Assembly: GCA_030141605.1 (NCBI GenBank)
Contig: JAQGDQ010001520.1
Span: 1-19,532, forward strand
Direction: 5' to 3'
Length of the DNA: 19,532 nucleotides
Source: Tubiluchus corallicola
Lineage: Eukaryota > Animalia > Priapulida
In this document: positions 11,371 through 19,532 of the stretch, piece after piece
Layout: every line of letters begins with the position of its first letter
How positions within the stretch are numbered: position 1 is the first letter of the stretch
Translations under genes and position numbers: made by a program
The notes under the pieces: model-generated
What the model was told of the DNA's origin: nothing
Database searches by the model: none
Seen by the model: only the letters and a program-made list of their open reading frames with translations

Positions 11371-12273
11371 TTACCTACAATTAAAGGGTAAAAATTACAT
11401 TATAAAAACACATTATATTTGTTTGAATAACTCTAAGTTTCCTACTATATCATCACCTTTATTTTGTCTTGTCTTGTGTAATATTGACAGTAGGCCTATA
11501 ACATTTACTGCATTGTGTCTTTTCGACTGCAGTTTTTACTACTGAAGCAAGAACAAATGCATCACCAGATTTTAGATAGCAAGAAGTATATGCTTGTAGG
11601 TAAGGAAATGGGGGGGGAGAGCAAGCACCGAATTAAAGCTTGCCCACAATTATTAAGCCTGAAAGCTTTTACAATCAAAGAATCAAACAATACAATCATT
11701 AACAAATCACGAGGAATTATATTATAATAACTATACTAGCAGGTACAGTCACAGAATCAAATAACTTAATTATTATCAATACTAAAATACCACTATACTA
11801 AAACACAGCCGAACAATTAGCCTGGCTAGCCCACAGGTCTAAATATTCAAGGTAGACCTGTCTTACACAGCTTAAATACAGAAAACTAGAACACTATTAA
11901 TGCAAAAGGTCATTCAGAAGCAAATAAGTACAGTAAGATTAGAGGGAAATTTAAGCTATTTCAATGTTATAACAAGCCTAAAATGGGAGGGAATGAGATG
12001 AAAAAATTAGGAAAGAGAGATGAGCAAGAAAACAAACAATGTAATATTCACAAGTCAAGTTAATCAAACGCGAAATAATTATAAGGCGAACTTTGCGACA
12101 ATGCTGTTGACATTCCAAGCCTCTTGAAAACGGTCGTCCCGTAAGAGATCCCGTTCTCTTCTCATAAAACATAGTGAGCTCTAGAAATCTCCAGAATTTT
12201 CCTTGTAATAAGTTTTTAGTCTGTACTTGTTAGTGTCTCTGAGAGCCATTTATGACAAACCTTGAAACTCAGC

Positions 12274-12895
12274 TGAATTTCATGTAAACCACTGATCTTT
12301 TTTCTGCAACGTTAAACATTAGAACAGAAACGCCAAATCGACTGACATTTCGGCAATTTTATGAAAAGCTAAATAGTTTAGTTTCATTGACAGTTGAAAA
12401 AATCAAATCAAAAACATCAGTGAATAACTCAAAATAAAAATTAAGTGGAATTAAACTTACACATTGTTGCTGTTTTGGAGATCGCTGGCATCTATTTAAT
12501 TCTAATAGATACCAGCAAAATACAAGTATACAAGAGAATTTGTATGTGTGCGTCCGTGTGAATCTGTGTGCGTCTGTCTCAGCGGCCTGCTTTGCCTTAC
12601 ATAGTGTGCCAGGGAACATTCTAGACGTTTCTTTCTAGAACATTGTACAAGGTAAGACGATTATTCTAACGGAACATTCTACAATGTAATTCTAATAGAT
12701 GCCAGCGATCTCCACAACAGTTGCACTAAACTTACATCTTGTGATAAACTTCGCTAACTTGCTCAAGGCAGATTATTCATGTACACTGCAGTGCAGCATA
12801 AAAACAACAAAACTGGGTCAATGCCACATGTTAAACTTTTCAGTAAGATGGTAGCTACCTCGGCGACAAAATTTAAAATTCATGAAGCCAGGTTC
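12274..12895 (+). repeat. Dispersed repeat, copy 2 (homologous to 5936-6243), split by the 12471-12719 insertion
   Basis: Colinear similarity to copy 1 continues on both sides of the insertion. Confidence 0.75.
12471..12719 (-). mobile_element. 249-bp TGT...ACA element with 5-bp TSD: solo LTR or Ginger-like MITE
   Basis: GTTGC flanks both ends (12466-12470 and 12720-12724). 26-bp terminal inverted repeats TGTT(T/G)TGGAGATCGCTGGCATCTATT. A minus-strand ATTAAA lies near the end. Confidence 0.8.
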
Positions 12896-13104
12896 TGTTG
12901 TGGAGATCCCTGGCGTCTATTAAAATTACATTGAACATTGTAGAATGGTCCATTAGAATAATCGTCTTACCTTATAGAATGTTCTTGAAAGAAACGTCTA
13001 GAATGTTCCCTGGCACCCTATATAAGGTGAAGCAGGCCGCTGAGACACACACACGCTGATTCACACGGAAGCCACTTACACATTCTCTTGTATACTTGTA
13101 TTTT
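12896..13104 (+). mobile_element. Second, inverted and 3'-truncated copy of the TGT...ACA element
   Basis: Begins TGTTGTGGAGATCCCTGGCGTCTATT and follows the reverse complement of 12719 down to about 12517. Contains TATATAAG near 13019 and lacks the distal TIR. Confidence 0.8.
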
Positions 13105-13396
13105 CAGATACACTTAAACGTTTTCCAGATTTTCACGTTTACTGTAAACATTTCGCGTTCCTTCATACTTTTGTGTTGTAGAATTCTCGCTTAATAAACT
13201 AGTTTAATTTGTCGAAGTGTTTTCTGGTTTTCTCTATGAGCCTTCCGGGATAAAGAAAACACAACAATTAGTAGCACTGCTTATTCTAAGTTTTTGTGTA
13301 AAAATGGATTCCATAGCAACGGTAAATGACGCTGCAAGGGAATTGGAGGAATTGTATCACACGAAACACGCTTTAATGAGTGGTATTTTTCCACAG

Positions 13397-13594
13397 GTGG
13401 TGACATATTCCGCTACAGGAACTACCCTGACCAACTCTGAAGAAATTACCATTATTTCGGAAACCTCAAAACACAATTTACCAGGTGGAAGAGAGCAGGG
13501 GGTACACTATGCAACGCTTACCTTACCACGTGATCTTCCATCAAGCAATTTTCTTAGCTTGTGTAAGCTTATGGATGCCAAATATGTACTACGC
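13397..13594 (+). CDS. ARRDC: Alpha-arrestin coding exon D, Arrestin_C
   Basis: Acceptor tttttccacAG at 13395-13396 and consensus donor CGC|GTAAGT at 13595. 198 nt, phase 0/0. VVTYSA...LTLPRDLPSSNFLSLCKLMDAKYVLR matches Q.V.Y.A ... L.IP..P.S.L..C..I.V.Y.L. Confidence 0.9.
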
Positions 13595-13785
13595 GTAAGT
13601 AGGTTCTGTTTTGTACTGCACGAAAATTAATCTCCTTCTTTAATTTTCTTTCTGTTTCTTTCTCTTTCACTCGACGATCCTACAGTCTAGAAATAAGTAA
13701 ATGACACGTCCTACCATAGCAAGGCAAGTAGCCTATACGGATGCTTATTCTCTGTCTCCATGTTATTGTCGTTATCCGCCATACC

Positions 13786-13965
13786 CATCATCATCATCAT
13801 CATCATCATGTTATCGTTATCATCAACGACATCATTGTCATCGTCGTCGTCATCATCATCATCTTCATCACCATCATCATCATCATCATTGTCATCATTG
13901 TCGTTGGTGTCATGGTCATTGTCGTCATCTTGTTATCATCACCATTATCATTGTTATCCTCACCA
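13786..13965. repeat. Imperfect (CAT)n trinucleotide microsatellite, intronic
   Basis: Directly visible. It ends at the polypyrimidine tract of the last exon and explains the poly-H/I/S/M ORFs. Confidence 0.92.
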
Positions 13966-13981
13966 TTTTTCTTTTTTTCAG

Positions 13982-14074
13982 GCAATTGTGAAACCGAAAA
14001 ATGCTTACTACGACAAGGGCATCGTTTTTGAAGTGCCAATTATGATTGGAACTTCTACAACAGAAGATTTGTGA
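13982..14074 (+). CDS. ARRDC: Alpha-arrestin terminal coding exon E
   Basis: Strong acceptor tttttctttttttcAG at 13980-13981, phase 0. AIVKPKNAYYDKGIVFEVPIMIGTSTTEDL* contains the P(I/V).IGT motif that closes Arrestin_C. TGA at 14072-14074. Confidence 0.9.
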   Translation, partial: AIVKPKNAYYDKGIVFEVPIMIGTSTTEDL

Positions 14075-14567
14075 ACGCAAACACACCATTCGTAACAAGT
14101 CTTTTCTCAGTTCCAGTGAATGATGATGATCGTGAAAGGTCAAAGGTTAAGTGAACCTGACAACGCTTTTGTGTACATTTGACAACGCCCCGTCCCAATG
14201 CTATCATAAGAGCAACAGTTTTAACAGCTAGCTAGAACCTTACCTAATTCATTTTTTCTTGTTCCCAAGCAAGATCCTGCTAGTAAATCACTCTACGAAC
14301 AGACTAATGCCCAATTAAGTCTATGCAAAACAACTGAAGTTACTGAACCGATGCGACAGGTGGGTTTGCTTTATCCACATGTCACGTGACTCTTGTAGTT
14401 AAGACGCATTGGTGTGGTACACTTAACCCGTGACCTACGGCAACTGCGCATGCGCACATGGAAACTGTGAAAGGCTCTTTGTTGTTGAAGTATTGATGAC
14501 GAGCTCTTGGTCACTGTTGTAATTATTAGATTAAAGTGGCTTTTCTGGGCCAATTACACTACCTCGG

Positions 14568-14573
14568 AATAAA
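14568..14573 (+). promoter_or_regulatory. Candidate polyadenylation signal of the arrestin gene
   Basis: First AATAAA I found downstream of the stop (about 490 nt), with ATTAAA at 14530-14535. Positional inference only. Confidence 0.35.
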
Positions 14574-14959
14574 AAATAGAGTTGCAAGGAGGTATAAGAC
14601 TACTTTGAGTGTGGGCTATTAGTAGTAGTTTCACTGCGTATCTAGATCACCATTCATAAGTTTCTGTTTGCATTACGAGTAAGATAGGTTAGCAGATCAA
14701 GCTATGTATATTAGCTCCCAAAATCTTAAACGAAACGAAAATGGGTTCGAAACCCAACCTAGTTTGCGTGGTTTGTATGTCACAAGCCTTATAAATGTTA
14801 TAAATCTTTTATTCAATGTATCCAAAGAAAAGGGATATTAAAGTAAATACAAAGTTACATTACTTAGCAATGCGCTCACTTGTTTGAAAGACTAGATTAA
14901 TTACCGTATTTAGAATGTAACTAGACAAACTCCAGAAAAAGAATTTTGTGCACCGGGCT

Positions 14960-16040
14960 ACCCCCTCCACACCACAACACTCTTAACACACTGTAGACCC
15001 ACCACACAACACCAATACCACAAACACCACGCCACGCCACCCACACCACACAACACCAATACCACAAACACCACACCTCACTACACCAAGCCATTACACC
15101 ACTCACAACACACCGCCCACACCACACTACATCACCCACCATAACACAACACCCACAACACACCAGATCCACCACAAACACCACGCCATCCACACCACAC
15201 TACACCAAGCCATTACACCATTCACAACGCACAACAGACACCACACGATACCACACCAACCCACCACACTACTCACAACACACCGCCCATACCACACTAC
15301 ATCACCTACCGTAACACAACATCCACAACACACCAGATCCACCACACAACACAAACACCAAAAACACCATGCCACGCCATGCCACCCACACCACACTAAA
15401 CCAAACCATTACATCACTCACAACACACCACACATACCACATGATACCACACCAATCCACCACACCACTCACAACACACTGCCCATACCACACTACATCA
15501 CCCACCATAACACAGCACCCACAGCACCCACAACACACCAGACCCACCACACAACACCAACACCACACCACCCGCTACCCACACCTCACTACACCAAGCC
15601 ATTACACCACTCACAATACACCACACACACCACACGATACCACACCAGCCCACCACACCACTCACAACACACTGCCCATACTACACTACATCATCCACCA
15701 TAACACAACACCCACAACACACCAGACCCACCACACAACACCAACACCACAAACACCACACCACCCACAACACTCCAGACCCACCACACAACACCACCCA
15801 CAACACACCACACCCGCTGCAATACACCAGCACCACTCACACCACACCACCCACGTCTTTCCACCGACAACACTACTCCACACAACACCACATCATACCA
15901 CTCCCACTACACTACCCACCGACAGCACTGCACCAACATCACCTACAAACACACCACCTGCAACGCACCACCCGCACCATACCACTCCAGTATACCTCAC
16001 CATACCAATCACGCCATACCATGACAAATACACCAACAGC
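14960..16040. repeat. CA-rich (CACCA/CACAA) low-complexity tract with a degenerate higher-order repeat of about 170-195 bp
   Basis: Landmarks such as CACTACATCA recur near 15125, 15295, 15491 and 15684. CTACACCAAGCCATTACACCA recurs near 15081, 15200 and 15589. Confidence 0.88.
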
Positions 16041-16329
16041 ACAGCATCACAGCGAAACCATTCAAAACATTTTGAACAAAATTGAAACTTTGTGCTATAA
16101 TAAATGCCCTTTAGTCTATCTACAAATGATCAATAATGCGCGGACATTCCACATAGCTTTACTTGTTAACAGAACTTACTTACGACGCAAGTACTGTATT
16201 TTGTTTTTGGTGTGTATTCATCCGCCGAATAAATACACTATTTACTCTAAATGGTAATTTTTATGATTTATAATGTTCTTTTAACGTTAGAATTAATATT
16301 TTTAATATATTTTTATACATTTTGTGATT

Positions 16330-16527
16330 TTTTATTCAAAATTCATCAAATCTATACATTGCTGTACAATACGTACTACGCATGTGCAAAAATACTGTAG
16401 ACGTAGTACCGCAAAAACCCGCGAAACAGCGAAAATACCGTGATAAATATCTTACATTAATATTTTTGAAAACCCGCGAAACAGCTAGTCCGCGATAAAC
16501 GAACCGCGAAGTAGTGAGGGAACACTG
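16330..16527. mobile_element. One end of a Tc1/mariner (pogo/Tigger-like) DNA transposon
   Basis: Reverse complement begins TA|CAGTGTTCCCTCACTACTTCGCGGTTCG, with repeated AACCCGCGAAACAGC subterminal motifs. No partner TIR was found and the left boundary is approximate. Confidence 0.6.
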
Positions 16528-16803
16528 TATATGTACTAGTTTACGTACTAACGTCACAGCTTTCCGAAAGAAAACTAATATGTGAAATAGGTTTGGGTGA
16601 TGTGACATGGAATTCTTCAGTCGCAAACTAGACCGGAACGCTCATTTTGCATTCCAATTTAATATGACATATTCATATCGCATAAATGGGGTTTAATGTA
16701 AAACTTTAATGTGAATCTTTTAGTTTTCGAGGCAGTTCCCCAAAGTTTCTGTACATAGCAGAAATAGGCCTACAGGTTGTGAAACTTACTAATTCGTCAG
16801 CAT

Positions 16804-17039
16804 TGTTCACATTGTTTAAAAACACTGATTCTTCATTTCACGAAAACAATGTTCACATTGTTTAAAAACACTGATTCTTCATTTCACGAAAACAAATGTT
16901 CACATTGTTTAAAAACACTGATTCTTCATTTCATGAAAACAATGTTCACATTGTTTAAAAACACTGATTCTTCATTTTGCGAAAACAATGTTCACATTGT
17001 TTAAAAACACTGATTCTTCATTTCACGAAAACAATGTTT
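16804..17039. repeat. 46-bp tandem repeat, about 5 copies
   Basis: Unit TGTTCACATTGTTTAAAAACACTGATTCTTCATTTCACGAAAACAA starts at 16804, 16850 and onward. Confidence 0.95.
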
Positions 17040-18121
17040 TGTTTTAAGTTTTCAGTTCCAGGTGTATTATAACACCATTGTATTTGCATTAAAACTTTAT
17101 CAGTATTAACCCTTTCTTATGTGTGAGTAATGGCACCTGGTTATACCTCATATAGTGGTTGTGTAAGGACTGAGGAATCTTTTTTCATTCGAGCAATATA
17201 TTATGTAATATACCCATAATGATGTAATGAGTTATTTATTTCATAGTTATCATCCGTATTTTTGTGCATGTATGTATCGTGCAGTATAGCAGTGTGCCTG
17301 AAGTCAAATGAATACTTTCAACTAAATATACTTTTGGCCACATTTAACTATTTTTAGCCATTTTTTTCTTTTACAACAAACTATCATGTTTTTCATATCT
17401 CTTACAACTGGCTAAATGTCGTGTATTGTTAAGTCTTCATGACAGTGCTGGAATTCATATGTAATTATGCACATCAAATGATTTAAAAATTACTTTCTTC
17501 AAAAGCTAATGCTGTGACTGTATTAGAGTCAGTGGCATGAGTGAATCTAAAAAATCACTTGAAATTTTGTTTATTATGGTAGTGCATGATATATATTAGA
17601 GACTAGCTCTATTAATTTTTGTCATTTTTCACAAACCTAAAATTCACTGTCTCCACTATTTCCATTTCACAGAGATCCTCCCTTCTGTTTCCTCCTTTTT
17701 CAGGGTTTTGGTTGATTTTTTTTACATTATTATGTATTCTAAATCAGTTTCCCCTGAAATGTGAAATGCTTAGCCAATTTAGAAAACAGAAACCACATAA
17801 GTTTTGTGATTAATTTATGCTTTAATGGCTCATGCATAACTTTCTTACTCTTACACTATACAGCAATAAACCTGTTAATTATAGGTTTGTGATTTAACTA
17901 GAATTATTATTGATTTTTCATTTTGATTTGATTATAACCGTGCCCTCAACTGAGGTTGATTCATTTATGGTATTGGCATATTATTAATTATGTTAAACAA
18001 TTTTTAGTTATAAAAATAATGTAGTAACATGCATACTTAGTATAGTAACAACAGGATAATATTAATGTCGAACTGCATGGCATTTTGTTTTATACGTTGA
18101 AGTGGCATTGGTATCTGGATA

Positions 18122-18458
18122 CACTCATATCTCGGCTTGCCGGACCTCGCTTTTACGGATAGGGACAAAATGTGGACCGTTAAAAAGTCCGGCATACTTC
18201 GGACAAAGTCCGTTGTTTCCCGAGCTGACCACTAGTTGGTGGGCCATCACTTTGTTTACCTCAGTGCAACCAATCAGCGTGTAACACGTGTGTAGTTTGC
18301 ATGTCAGGAGGGGCCTGTACTAGACGTTTTTGAGACAATTAGGTAATTGATTCTACATTACCGTGAGTCTAATACATGGCACCTACTGTGTTAGCTTGGT
18401 ATCGGTAAATTCTGACCGACGTCTCCCCGCTTTTGCCCAACAAACCGAGATATGACTG
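18122..18458. mobile_element. Tc1/mariner-type MITE, 337 bp
   Basis: TA|CACTCATATCTCGGCTTG...CAAACCGAGATATGACTG|TA shows imperfect TIRs with TA on both sides. Confidence 0.78.
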
Positions 18459-19161
18459 TACACCTACATTAACTTAACAGGCTGTTTCATTTCGTAGAAG
18501 CTTTTAGTTTCATTTCTGAATGAGGTATTTATGTGAAAATCATGTTTTTGTGCTGACAAATAACAAAATAATAGTATGTGGTTTTATGTTGTTTCATTTA
18601 TGTACATGTGATTGATAACAGCTGGATTAAAAATGGTACAATTGAACTTGCAATTTGGGCTTTAACGACAAAAATATCGCTATGAACATGCTGAGTATTT
18701 AAAACAACAATGAAAATATTACTTTTTTATAATAGGTCTATAAGATATTCCAATAAAAGTGTCCTTAAAAATTTTGTTTTCAGAAGAAATAGGCATTCTA
18801 AAAAGGAAACATTGTTAGGAAAACAAATTATTCTGAGCAAAGAGAAGTTTCACATAATACGAAAGCTTGAAACTCAAAGTTTTTGAAACATGAATTTAGA
18901 CTGGACAAACCACTGGAATGGACTAAACAGGTGAGAAAATGATCCCTGAATGACCTTGATTCAACCTGATCCATATTCATGGCATGACCATTAGCGTTAT
19001 GGCAGTGGAAACACTTGCAACTCCGTCATCTTTTCCACTTTTCTATCTGATTATAAAATTTACGTGTAACAAACCACAGAAGCACCAAGACATCTTATAA
19101 GCATGGACACGGATGCAGACAACACTTGCTTCAAAAAAGTTTAAATTTAAAATTTGTCTGA

Positions 19162-19532
19162 AACGGTGTTTCAAAATGGTTATGTTGCCAAGTCCTGCTT
19201 TTCTTAGACAAGAATTTTTTAGACAGCTTCAAGTTGGCAAAAACAGTGTTTCAAAAAAGTAATATCAACAAGTCCTGCTTTTCTTAAACAAGAATTTTTA
19301 GACAGCTTCAAGTTGGCAAAAACAGTGTTTCAAAAAAGTAATATCAACAAGTCCTGCTTTTCTTAAACAAGAATTTTTAGACAGCTTCAAGTTGGCAAAA
19401 ACAGTGTTTCAAAAAAGTAATATCAACAAGTCCTGCTTTTCTTAAACAAGAATTTTTAGGCAGCTTCAAGTTGGCAAAAACAGTGTCTCAAAAAAGTAAT
19501 ATCAACAAGTCCTGCTTTTCTTAAACAAGAAT
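19162..19532. repeat. 79-bp tandem repeat, at least 4.5 copies, running off the right edge
   Basis: CAGTGT landmark occurs at 19244, 19323, 19402 and 19481 (period 79). The first copy is more diverged. Confidence 0.95.

Noticed and set aside
13701-14143. Poly-His/Ile/Ser/Met ORFs
   Set aside because: They are (CAT)n artefacts. Only 13982-14074 is supported as an exon.
14921-16085. Mucin-like His/Thr/Pro ORF and Cys/Val/Trp antisense ORFs
   Set aside because: The low-complexity CA tract lacks stops by composition. Indels between units do not appear to preserve frame and no convincing splice sites were found.
18784-18930. Extra coding exon (ttttcAG ... CAG|GTGAGA)
   Set aside because: The splice-like signals are good, but all three frames contain stops and there is no PPxY. 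A non-coding exon cannot be excluded.

Overview
This is AT-rich eukaryotic (most likely invertebrate) genomic DNA, not prokaryotic. The main feature is a plus-strand, intron-containing alpha-arrestin (ARRDC/TXNIP family) gene. Five coding exons can be joined by hand in consistent splice phase: 2527-2649, 5120-5352, 8721-8903, 13397-13594 and 13982-14074. They give about 276 aa, and the first coding exon lies upstream of the window. The protein stops right after the Arrestin_C fold and has no PPxY tail. Introns and flanks are filled with micro/minisatellites (6, 34, 4, 22, 3, 46 and 79 bp units) and mobile-element relics: a hAT MITE, two decayed LINEs, a Kolobok-like element with a LINE nested inside, a TGT...ACA element with 5-bp TSD plus an inverted partial copy, Tc1/mariner-type MITEs and a 275-bp palindrome. 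The most unusual signal is a 34-bp minisatellite whose unit contains the gene's own exon/intron junction. This gives about 47 tandem copies of a CAGCAG-GTACAG-GTGTGT acceptor/donor cassette. Most ORFs in the supplied track are repeat artefacts. I see no firm evidence of a new multi-gene system.
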